From IMG/VR virus record IMGVR_UViG_3300020442_003949, positions 27,013 to 91,012 of that record: 64,000 bases of DNA; one strand, 5' to 3'. A program made the translations under genes and the position numbers. This stretch comes from a virus. Under the pieces are notes generated by a model. It was given only the letters and a program-made list of their open reading frames with translations, was not told where the DNA came from and ran no database searches. This document shows positions 1 to 8,878 of the stretch, in pieces (position 1 is the stretch's first letter; every line of letters starts with the position of its first letter).

Positions 1-907
1 CATTTTCTTTCAACACACCAAAAACATAAGCCACATTCTTTTAGCTCTATAGAATCCTTTGCAATTGAATAGTATGTGTAATCTATTCCTAAAAGATTTT
101 CATTCTTATAATCACCTTCACAACTTCTTGTTACGTTAAAGAAATCCATAATATCATAGTTTTTATATTGTTGTACAATCCAATCTTTTTCTATAAGACG
201 CAACGGCTCTAAACACCAAGAAATTCCTTCATGTTTGATGTATGCTAAAGTTTTTAAGTCATGTGTAACATTGTCTCTATTACACATTCTATCTTTAATA
301 TCAAAATCTACAGTAGGATTTTGTGTAGTAGCATTATAAACAGCATTATACTTGTTATAGAATGCCAAATAACTATTAAAGGAAGAAATTAAAACTTGAT
401 CTGGGGATCTATCGCCAACAATATTTCCCACTACACCATGCTCCAACTCAGGCGGTATATAAGTTGTTTCTCTATTATCTATTATATTTGGAAATCTATT
501 CTTAAGCCAATTATACACATTTAACGATACATCACCTTGCCAAGGACGTGTTTTCCAACATCTTTTATATGTAATAACATCAATTTTACATTTATAATTT
601 TTTTCTTGAATTATTGTTGCTAGTAGGTAAGTTAGCATAGCACTATCAGCACCACCACTTAAATTAATCGCAACTTTGTTCCAATTAGGATTTAACGGAA
701 TTGCAACGCCATTTATTAAATGTGTTTGCAAACCTTGCTCTAATAATCGATCCTTAATACTACCATATAGCTTTTCTTTTGCCAAAAAAAAAGCTCATGA
801 TCAGATATATTATTATGTATTCTTTTTGTTTCTTCTTCAATAAATTTAAATTGATCAAAATTATAATTATTATTAAAAATACAAGTTTGATATAATGTAT
901 TATCCAT
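1..907 (-). CDS. QueC-like PP-loop ATPase (7-cyano-7-deazaguanine synthase-like); frameshifted at a T9 run (784-792) and truncated by the window edge
   Basis: Not in the ORF track; translated by hand. ATG at 907 with AAGGA RBS gives MDNTLY...DHELFFW and stops at 740. The -1 frame continues LAKEKLYG...VAINLSGGADSAMLTYLLA...VTRSCEGD...ECGLCFWCVERK to position 1. The SGGxDS PP-loop, TRSC and CxxCxxC are QueC-family-like motifs. Confidence 0.7.
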
Positions 908-909
908 TT

Positions 910-2208
910 TTATCCTTTATTGTAACTATTTATTGGTCTTTTAAGATTTTTAAAATCAGGCACATACCTCACTGCCTTTTTTGGAAACATCGCATATAAT
1001 TCTTCTATCATAATTGACATATGTGGGAATAATCTATCCCAATCAGTTTCTGGTCTTTTGATTTTAAAATATGAAAATGCCATATCATAATGCCATGCTG
1101 TTGTATCAATTATGTTTGTACCGATTAAGTTTTTTATTTTGCTTAAATATCTTATGAAATAATCTAATTTATGTTGTTCGCAAAACTTAATAGCATCATT
1201 TTGATCTTCTTTAAAACGCTTAGGCATTCCTATAATAGTCATTCCCATCTCATTTGCATAGTTAAATGCAAACCTTGTTATTGTATGCCGAAACATTTCT
1301 TTCATCTTCTTTGGTCCTAAAGTATCTAAATAAAATTCTATATCATCTTTAAAATACGGCACACTATATACGTTTAATGTATTAACAATTCTAATATCAA
1401 TATTTTTAAAATCAGCATCTAAAATATAATTCATATTTCGCATAAGCCGATTCCATTGTAAACCATGTCTTATTGCTTCGGCTCTATCTCTTGTTGAATC
1501 TACACTAACATCAAAAACACACTTTATATCTTTGTGTTTATCAAATAAATTTATATAATCATTAAAAACTTTTTCTTTGGTATTGAAATTTGTATGCAAG
1601 AACAAAAAAAGTTGTTTATTAGGAACAATATCTATAATTTGCTCTATAAGCCATAAACTATGTGGATTATATGTAGGCTCTCCTCCTGAAATTATAAAGG
1701 TATACTGTACGTTAGGGTTATATTTTTTGTTTTTTAAATACGTAATAAAGTTTTTTATAGCAGATTCAAACCATTCATCACTAGTACCTACTGTAGGAAT
1801 TCCTATTTCTTTTGCCCAACTTGAACTATCCTTAGGTGCGCAATATACACATTTTAAATCACATGCACTACTAAGATTGATAGTAAATCTTTCAATATAA
1901 TCATCATCTAATAAACTTTTTTTAAAACTTTCATCTAATCTACTATGAAACAAATTTCTATTTTTAAAAAAACTATTAGGCAAGGATTTAGTACAAGTAA
2001 AACAACTTGGCTCTGGTAACTTGTTATGAAGAATCATTGATTCTTTACGACTTTTTAATTCAGGATTATGACATAAAATATTTGGATTGTTAAAATCTTT
2101 TATGTCTAACATAATATCAGTAGTTTTACAACAATTGGTAATACTACCTCGCATAAGTCTTAAATCCATACTGTAGAATAATTCACTACAAATATTCTGT
2201 TTATCCAT
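910..2208 (-). CDS. Radical SAM protein with N-terminal Cys-rich (SPASM/twitch-like) segment
   Basis: CDLKCVYC (CxxxCxxC), SGGEP, HTN, SVDS; N-terminal NCC...CFTC. Confidence 0.9.
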   Translation of the reverse strand: MDKQNICSELFYSMDLRLMRGSITNCCKTTDIMLDIKDFNNPNILCHNPELKSRKESMILHNKLPEPSCFTCTKSLPNSFFKNRNLFHSRLDESFKKSLLDDDYIERFTINLSSACDLKCVYCAPKDSSSWAKEIGIPTVGTSDEWFESAIKNFITYLKNKKYNPNVQYTFIISGGEPTYNPHSLWLIEQIIDIVPNKQLFLFLHTNFNTKEKVFNDYINLFDKHKDIKCVFDVSVDSTRDRAEAIRHGLQWNRLMRNMNYILDADFKNIDIRIVNTLNVYSVPYFKDDIEFYLDTLGPKKMKEMFRHTITRFAFNYANEMGMTIIGMPKRFKEDQNDAIKFCEQHKLDYFIRYLSKIKNLIGTNIIDTTAWHYDMAFSYFKIKRPETDWDRLFPHMSIMIEELYAMFPKKAVRYVPDFKNLKRPINSYNKG

Positions 2209-3571
2209 TTTTTATTCTTGTAAGGTATACATCTTCCACATCATCTATCTGATAATTCTGAAATACATCATTAAAACGTTTTTTAAATAATCTATCAGAA
2301 TATCTTCTATACACAAAAAAAGAACTATACCATTTTGGATCTAATTTTGTTGAATCTATATAATCTTTAATTTCGTCTAATATTTTTATTGCCGATTCAA
2401 TAGGTACGAATGTATCCTTTGATTTTAAATATCCATAGTTATCTTTGTAGTTTACTAAAGTCTTTCTTAAATACTTCTCATACTCTATTATTGCATCCTT
2501 TGTTTCATTGATATCTTCATATACTTCATTCCTAAACTCATGCATTATTAATGATGGATTTATATATTCTGGAGTTTGAACTGGGGCTGCTTTTATATCA
2601 TCAAGAGGCAAAGTTAAAATACTTTCAAATACATTTTTAATATCCATTATTTGATATATTGAATATGTAATAACTCCTACTATCTTGGAATTAGTATTAA
2701 TTTTCCTAAACTTATCTAAATTTGTAGATAATGTATTCCAATCTCCGTCTCGAAAATATCTATAAATATTTGTTCCTGCATCTATGCTTATATTCATAGT
2801 TACTTTTTTAAATTTTGAAAGCAAATCATTAAGGCGATCCATATCAAACTCAGCATTAAAATTTGTATAAAAAAATATGTGTAAATTTTTTGCATTAGGA
2901 TGATGTTGTAATAATTCTAGCGCAAGAAAAAATTGCTGTTGTTTGAGCGGCTCGCCTCCGCTACAATCAAATTGTTCTAAATTAGGAAAATTATCACATA
3001 AATCATTAATTATATTCCTTGTGTCATCTAAACTCAATTTCATTCTTTGATATCTTTCTTTATCCTTAGGCTGATGACGAAGTCCTAATAATTGATAAAT
3101 TAAATTATTAGATAATTCCTTACGATATTTTTCTATTTCTGATTGTAATCCTTTTAGTTTTGTTTCCCAACTACTTGAAAATGTAGAGTCACAATGCAAA
3201 CAAGACATATTACAACTATTATTAAATCTTAATTCAATATGTTTTAATGCTTTATAATCCATTTCTCCTGTTTCAGAATTATAAAATTCTTTACTAAAAT
3301 TTTTACTATAATCAAATCTCATAGATTTTAAATTTACTGCTTCCATTTCTTTACATAAATGACACCCAGCAGGAAATTTTCCGGATTGCAGTTGTTTCCT
3401 ATGATTTCTAAAATTTTCATTATTCCAAAAATCACTAGTCACCTTTCCTTCCAAAATATGCAAAGGGTCAACTTGTGTAGGGCAACTAGTTGCAAATCCG
3501 TTCTTATAGTTAACACCATGTAAGCTATAAAAACAATTAAGACTCATTGTATAATTATCTAATGTATTCAT
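2201..3571 (-). CDS. Radical SAM protein with N-terminal Cys-rich (SPASM/twitch-like) segment
   Basis: CNMSCLHC, SGGEP, YTN, ISIDA; N-terminal C...SC...CHLC. Confidence 0.9.
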   Translation of the reverse strand: MNTLDNYTMSLNCFYSLHGVNYKNGFATSCPTQVDPLHILEGKVTSDFWNNENFRNHRKQLQSGKFPAGCHLCKEMEAVNLKSMRFDYSKNFSKEFYNSETGEMDYKALKHIELRFNNSCNMSCLHCDSTFSSSWETKLKGLQSEIEKYRKELSNNLIYQLLGLRHQPKDKERYQRMKLSLDDTRNIINDLCDNFPNLEQFDCSGGEPLKQQQFFLALELLQHHPNAKNLHIFFYTNFNAEFDMDRLNDLLSKFKKVTMNISIDAGTNIYRYFRDGDWNTLSTNLDKFRKINTNSKIVGVITYSIYQIMDIKNVFESILTLPLDDIKAAPVQTPEYINPSLIMHEFRNEVYEDINETKDAIIEYEKYLRKTLVNYKDNYGYLKSKDTFVPIESAIKILDEIKDYIDSTKLDPKWYSSFFVYRRYSDRLFKKRFNDVFQNYQIDDVEDVYLTRIKNG

Positions 3572-3584
3572 AGGTTTATTGACT

Positions 3585-4670
3585 CTATTCAGTACTTATT
3601 TTAGTAAATTCATTATGATAGGCTTTGTTTTTAGCACAAGTTCGTATACATCTAGAGACGTGCTTATTATGATAAGGATTCCAACTAGATTCTAATACTT
3701 CTGTGTACCAAGGATGAGAAATTATTTCATCTATATTGTAATATATTAAGCTGTTCCAATTTAGATCAAATGAATTAAGTTTATCTAATATTCCATCTTT
3801 ATTTCTTATCGTACTATCCCACAAAAAACAACAAGGCCACACTGTTAAATTACTTGCTATAAAAATTTCACCTTCATGAACAAATTTACAAACAATTGTA
3901 TCTGTTACTTCTTTTATTTGCTCTTCTGATAATTGCTTAGTAGAACTAGATTCTATAAATTTATCTAATTCTTCAATTTCTTTTATCTTACTATGTTCTT
4001 TTTTTCCAGTAGTAGTAATTATATAATTTTCTGTATTGATCTTTTTAGTAGCTTTGTCACGTTTTTGTATATTAGACATCCACTCATTATAGCTATTCCG
4101 CATACCAGTCCTAGTTGAAAAAGTAAAGCCTAATTCTTTTGCACGATTGTATGCAGCATCTAATTCATATTCATTATGATCAAATACAATATAAACCCAT
4201 TGCCCACTTCCTTCACTTGCATTTTCTGCAAATGCAACCATATTACGATCAATTATCTTATATGAAGTATTAACTCGATATATATGATTTGTTTCTTTAA
4301 ATCCATCTACACACCAATGAACATGGACCAACCCAGGCCTTGCTCTAGATATTTCTCCAAGCCGTGCCCACCAGTCTGCACTTTGAATTCCACCATTTGT
4401 ACTAACTTCACAATACGCATTGTTTTCTGTTAAATAATCAATCATATCTACCATTTCAAAGTTTTTTGCAGGATCTCCTAAAACTCCACAAAACTTAAAC
4501 ATTTTACCTTGAATATTTTCTTTTAAAGGAAAGATACGTTGGATTTCTTTAAGTCCAAAACTTTTAATTTTGTATTTTCCTACATTCAGTGTTCTAGCAC
4601 ATCCAGGACATGCTGCATTACAATCGCTAGTAATTTCTAATTCGATTTTTTTAATATTATTTCTAAGCAC
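3585..4670 (-). CDS. Radical SAM protein with C-terminal twitch/SPASM-like domain
   Basis: CNAACPGC, CGVLGDP, STNGG, VDG; C-terminal C..WPCC..CIRTC; GTG start. Confidence 0.9.
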   Translation of the reverse strand: MLRNNIKKIELEITSDCNAACPGCARTLNVGKYKIKSFGLKEIQRIFPLKENIQGKMFKFCGVLGDPAKNFEMVDMIDYLTENNAYCEVSTNGGIQSADWWARLGEISRARPGLVHVHWCVDGFKETNHIYRVNTSYKIIDRNMVAFAENASEGSGQWVYIVFDHNEYELDAAYNRAKELGFTFSTRTGMRNSYNEWMSNIQKRDKATKKINTENYIITTTGKKEHSKIKEIEELDKFIESSSTKQLSEEQIKEVTDTIVCKFVHEGEIFIASNLTVWPCCFLWDSTIRNKDGILDKLNSFDLNWNSLIYYNIDEIISHPWYTEVLESSWNPYHNKHVSRCIRTCAKNKAYHNEFTKISTE

Positions 4671-4695
4671 AAATTATTTACCTTTTCATGATATG

Positions 4696-5775
4696 CTATT
4701 TAAATTGTTCTGAAAATACGTCAAACTCTATGCCACACTTCATACTACAAACCTTTAACCTTCCATTGTTACAACCTGTGATTTTCCAACTACGTTCTAT
4801 ACTATCAAATATACCTGTTTCAAAAACAGCCTTCAATCCATGTTTCTTAACATTAATTGCATCTTTACCGCCAACAGCATTGATAAAGTTCCATATTTGT
4901 TCAACTTTAGGATCTTTGTGCCACCACTTATACATGCGTCCAGCAGTCCAGCAGCAAGGCATAACTAAACCTTCAGCTGTAATAAACAAGCTGCCTTGAT
5001 CTTTTACTTTACAATTGATAGGTACTACATCATAATATTCATCCATACTACCATATTTCTCAATCAATAAATCCTGTCTAGTTAAGGCTTTATTTTGGTA
5101 TATTACAGTTGGCTTTTTAAGTTTTGTAGTTTCTTTTCCATTCCGATTTTTAGCTTGATGTACTTCTTTCTTTTTATTATTTGCTGTAATAAATCTACCT
5201 GTTTTTTTAGGAATAAATCTTTCACATCCCCATTTTTTAGCCAAAGCTTTTGCTTCATCTACTTGATGTTCGTTGTGCTTAAATATTAAAAAATCCCAGC
5301 GAGCTCTGCCGCCTGCGTCAATGAACGCTCGCATATTGCGTTCTACATTATTCCAGACAACACCTTGCCTATACAAATGATTAGTGTCGCTAAGGCCATC
5401 TACGCTGAAAATAACAGCACCCATTTTACCAAAGACTTCAGCCAATTCACGCCACCACGCTTCATCTTTTGCCCCTGCATTTGTGTTCATAGAGAGCCAT
5501 ATTTTGCTGTTATGCTCTCTAAAGTATTTGAATATATCTAGTGTATAACGGGAAACAATAGGATCACCTAGGTTGCCACACATGTACATAGTATCTAACT
5601 GTTTTATAAATTCAGGTTCAAATATACGTTTGCAATCTTCTAAAGTAAGCTCACTAAGATCAATATGAGGATTTAAACCTTCGCCATTCATATTACGATC
5701 ACACATAGGGCAGTTTGCTTGACAATTTTGTGTATTTTCTAAATGAATTGTTTTTATATCGTAGTAATTATACAT
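4696..5775 (-). CDS. Radical SAM protein with C-terminal twitch/SPASM-like domain (paralog of 3585-4670)
   Basis: CQANCPMC, CGNLGDP, NTNAG, SVDG; C-terminal C..MPCC..CSMKC. Confidence 0.9.
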   Translation of the reverse strand: MYNYYDIKTIHLENTQNCQANCPMCDRNMNGEGLNPHIDLSELTLEDCKRIFEPEFIKQLDTMYMCGNLGDPIVSRYTLDIFKYFREHNSKIWLSMNTNAGAKDEAWWRELAEVFGKMGAVIFSVDGLSDTNHLYRQGVVWNNVERNMRAFIDAGGRARWDFLIFKHNEHQVDEAKALAKKWGCERFIPKKTGRFITANNKKKEVHQAKNRNGKETTKLKKPTVIYQNKALTRQDLLIEKYGSMDEYYDVVPINCKVKDQGSLFITAEGLVMPCCWTAGRMYKWWHKDPKVEQIWNFINAVGGKDAINVKKHGLKAVFETGIFDSIERSWKITGCNNGRLKVCSMKCGIEFDVFSEQFK

Positions 5776-6631
5776 GCAAGTATTCTATCATTTCTTTATC
5801 GAGATAAATCATATCTTTTAGTTGATCTAACTTTTGTTCGAACTCTTTAAGATCTTCTAAATTGTCGTGATATAATTCTCTAGCAATCTCTTTATTCTTA
5901 CTAGTAATTTTAAGGTCAAGTGGTTTATTAATCAACCTAATTACTTCCTCAACATATAGATCAAACCTATTATCAGTGTCTTCGTCAAAACTTAAATCAC
6001 AGTCAAAAATAAATCCGTATTCTTTTAGTTTTTTATACATACCTGGATATCCGTAATTAAGGAAAGGCTTTCCGCTTAGTAAGGGTCTAAATGTTTTTTC
6101 TGATATAAAAAAGTAAGGAACGCCTGTAACACTACAGGTCTCTATTTGAAATTCAAATAAGCTACAGTACCATTCTTCTGGTAGGTTTCTTTTGACATCG
6201 TAATGACTTTTTACATTATGTTCTGAAGGTAAGGCAACTTCAGGCCACAAACTGTAAATACCATAATCTAATACTTTTGCGTTTTTTAGTTTAGATATTA
6301 ATGCAGTTCTAGTAGTACTATGTGCTCCATTTAGAGATATAAACTTCCAGTCACATCTAGGTGTATAATCTACTAAGGGTCTTTTATACATCCAATACAA
6401 AGGAAAAGTCCTAATATTGTCTGACTGCGAATCTACGCTCGAACAATAAATTGTGCTATTCTTAATTACTTCGGGTTTTACATTATACCTTACAGTTAAT
6501 TCTTCTATAGGTTCTGTAGAAATATCTATGTATGTGTTAATTTCAAAAAATCTGTTAAATAAATCTTGTCGAGATAAAAATTTTTTATGCAAGCAACAAC
6601 TATTTAATCCTAACTCCCTAAGCATTTTCAT
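5768..6631 (-). CDS. Putative glycosyltransferase (GT-B, GT10-like 'EK' motif)
   Basis: ET...FISEKTFRPL...KPF...LKEYGF, paralogous to the C-terminus of 11735-13024. Start moved to ATG 6631 to reduce overlap with the upstream gene. Confidence 0.45.
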   Translation of the reverse strand: MKMLRELGLNSCCLHKKFLSRQDLFNRFFEINTYIDISTEPIEELTVRYNVKPEVIKNSTIYCSSVDSQSDNIRTFPLYWMYKRPLVDYTPRCDWKFISLNGAHSTTRTALISKLKNAKVLDYGIYSLWPEVALPSEHNVKSHYDVKRNLPEEWYCSLFEFQIETCSVTGVPYFFISEKTFRPLLSGKPFLNYGYPGMYKKLKEYGFIFDCDLSFDEDTDNRFDLYVEEVIRLINKPLDLKITSKNKEIARELYHDNLEDLKEFEQKLDQLKDMIYLDKEMIEYLHV

Positions 6632-7160
6632 ATAAAAATCCAGATATTTGTAATGTGTATTTGTTATGCATACCTGCGTTAGCACTAAGGTGTAAATGAT
6701 TGCTGTCCCATATATAACCTTGATTTGCTTTCCAATGAGTGCTATTATACCATGTGTTTTTTATTTTATATTGTAAAAAATGACCTTCTTTCCAATCTTC
6801 TAGATATATATGGGCTCTTACTTTTTTCCTAGTATCATTTGGAAACTTTTTTTTAATTTGAAAAAAAGTATCTCTATGTATAGGAATTACGTTCCCAGGA
6901 GGTTGTAAAATGCTGCTTACTGTTATTACTTCAATTCCTAATTGATTACCTAAATTTTCAAAATCAATCTGTGTGTTATTCCACCATAGTTGCCTAATTA
7001 AGGTATTATTAGTATCATAACTATCAGGAAAACCTCCATATGTTTCATGGATATCTTCAAGCTCGTGTATTTGGTGAGTTATACAACTACCTTCATGTAC
7101 ATTATAGTCCGCACTTAAAAAAATTTCAGTGTCATATATTATTGTGGTATCATAGATCAT
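6618..7160 (-). CDS. Cupin / 2OG-Fe(II) oxygenase-like protein
   Basis: QPPGNVIPIHRD (HxD)...HLSANAG...YTLQISG, a His-x-Asp...His facial triad pattern. Confidence 0.6.
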   Translation of the reverse strand: MIYDTTIIYDTEIFLSADYNVHEGSCITHQIHELEDIHETYGGFPDSYDTNNTLIRQLWWNNTQIDFENLGNQLGIEVITVSSILQPPGNVIPIHRDTFFQIKKKFPNDTRKKVRAHIYLEDWKEGHFLQYKIKNTWYNSTHWKANQGYIWDSNHLHLSANAGMHNKYTLQISGFLYENA

Positions 7161-7175
7161 AAATTAATTCCATAT

Positions 7176-7706
7176 CTATACATCTTTTCCTCTAGATTTA
7201 AAATAAAATATTTTTTGTATATTATACATTACATTTATAGAAGACATATAATATTTTTCTATGTAATCTAAATTATCAACAAAAGTAAAACTGTCAGGAT
7301 CGATTACTACTATTTTTTTTGATTTAGTAAAGGCAAAATTAGATAATAATGGATCTGTATGGATAAAATACTTATCATCTGGTAAGGATTTTGAATAGTT
7401 TAAAGTTTCTAAAAATATAGAAGGTAAAAGTGAACTTATATTAATTATCTCAGTTTTTTCTAACAAATGATAGTTGTCACTATTTTTTATTAAGTCTTCT
7501 ACAGTACAAATAATATCTGGAATATATTCCATAGTATAAGTTTGTTCATCGATAATATCTAAAACTTTTACATACATAGATTTTTTTTTTGATAATTGGT
7601 TATAAGCATACAACCAATACTTGTCAATCTTGGTGTATTTTAAATATTTTATAACTATATTGTTTTTAAGAGTAACAATAGATTTAGAATTTTCGTGTAT
7701 AATCAT
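7176..7706 (-). CDS. Small kinase-like protein (protein kinase/APH-like fold)
   Basis: VIK, YTMEYI, HTDPLLSNF (HxDxxxxN) and IDPD motifs. Confidence 0.6.
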   Translation of the reverse strand: MIIHENSKSIVTLKNNIVIKYLKYTKIDKYWLYAYNQLSKKKSMYVKVLDIIDEQTYTMEYIPDIICTVEDLIKNSDNYHLLEKTEIINISSLLPSIFLETLNYSKSLPDDKYFIHTDPLLSNFAFTKSKKIVVIDPDSFTFVDNLDYIEKYYMSSINVMYNIQKIFYFKSRGKDV

Positions 7707-7785
7707 TTATCTAATCCTATATCACTAAGTTTTTTCATTTAGAAATTCTGCACTTAAAATATTAGTATCATATTTAATTGTTGTA

Positions 7786-8055
7786 TTATAAATCATAAAT
7801 TAATTTTATATCCGTTCCAGGGCCTGCTAGACTGGGTAAATCTCCATACTTTTCTACATACCATTTAATAACCGCAAGGTACCAGTTTCGACTATTATGA
7901 TGTGCTTGTTTGTTGAATTGGTTTATATTATTATTAGTAGCTTGCATAGTGCTAAGTGCTCGTGAACTTTCTTTTTGCAGTTCTCTTAAAGAAAATTTTT
8001 CTAGATAGATTTTTTTATCTATGTCCAATTCGCATAAATCGTTTGTATTGACCAA
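7786..8055 (-). CDS. Hypothetical protein
   Basis: 89-aa ORF in operon orientation, overlapping the upstream gene end; start uncertain (TTG). Confidence 0.6.
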   Translation of the reverse strand: MVNTNDLCELDIDKKIYLEKFSLRELQKESSRALSTMQATNNNINQFNKQAHHNSRNWYLAVIKWYVEKYGDLPSLAGPGTDIKLIYDL

Positions 8056-8878
8056 CGTCTAATTCTCCTTCATAGTATAATTCACTTAATGGTGTTATTT
8101 CACCAAATTGTTCTAATGATTCTGAACAATTAACATGATCTTCGATACCTTTGAAATTATTAGTTTGCAAGATTACCAATTTTCCAATAGGAATTTTTTC
8201 ATACCATTTATCAAAATTTTTAACATGTTCACAACTAGTATTAATAATTGTATTCACAGCGTCCTTTATTGGATAAGACATCCTATTATTTTTTTTACTC
8301 CAATAAGTCCATTCGTGAATATCATAATTGAGATTTAGAATATTATCAGTAATTGCTTTAAATCTCCAACTTTGCTCAACCCAACGTTTATTAAAAATTT
8401 CTGCTATTTCTATACAACTAGGATCTATATCAAAACTTCTTATTTTATCAACAATTATTCCACTCTCAAATAACATTGGACCTAGTGTTGCATACCATCC
8501 GGCACATAGATACACTGTTCCTAATGGCTTGTTCAATTTTTTTAAGTTATCTATTAACCATTTTTTACTATGTAACTGACCTCTTGAAAAACAATCTTTA
8601 TTATAAGGAATTTTTAATCTATGTAAAGATTTAAAGGATGCAACTAAACTTGTATCGATATAATAATTTAGGATAGGCCATAATTTCCATTCATTATCTT
8701 CTAAAATTAGTTTTCTTAAATTATCATTATATTCGTGTGTTAATGGAGAACTTGCAAGCAATCTAAATAGACTGTGCATATCTTTATCAATATAAAGTCT
8801 CCTTAAATCTGATAGATTTGCGTTTGTAGGATAAAGTATCTCTAATCTATCTAATAACTCAAATAATTGAAGACTCAT
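8015..8878 (-). CDS. Class I SAM-dependent methyltransferase-like protein
   Basis: VYLCAGWYA (motif I-like), SFDIDP (motif II), INTSCEH. Confidence 0.6.
   Translation of the reverse strand: MSLQLFELLDRLEILYPTNANLSDLRRLYIDKDMHSLFRLLASSPLTHEYNDNLRKLILEDNEWKLWPILNYYIDTSLVASFKSLHRLKIPYNKDCFSRGQLHSKKWLIDNLKKLNKPLGTVYLCAGWYATLGPMLFESGIIVDKIRSFDIDPSCIEIAEIFNKRWVEQSWRFKAITDNILNLNYDIHEWTYWSKKNNRMSYPIKDAVNTIINTSCEHVKNFDKWYEKIPIGKLVILQTNNFKGIEDHVNCSESLEQFGEITPLSELYYEGELDVGQYKRFMRIGHR

Noticed and set aside
760-798. ATG at 798 as the start of the QueC-like gene
   Set aside because: It is out of frame with the catalytic ORF (stops at 760) and lacks an RBS. ATG 907 is better supported.
4675-4682. TAAATA motifs 4 nt before start codons (also 62599-62606) as late promoters
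   Set aside because: They are too close to the start codon unless the mRNA is leaderless, they overlap RBS-like purines, and TAAATA is common by chance in AT-rich DNA
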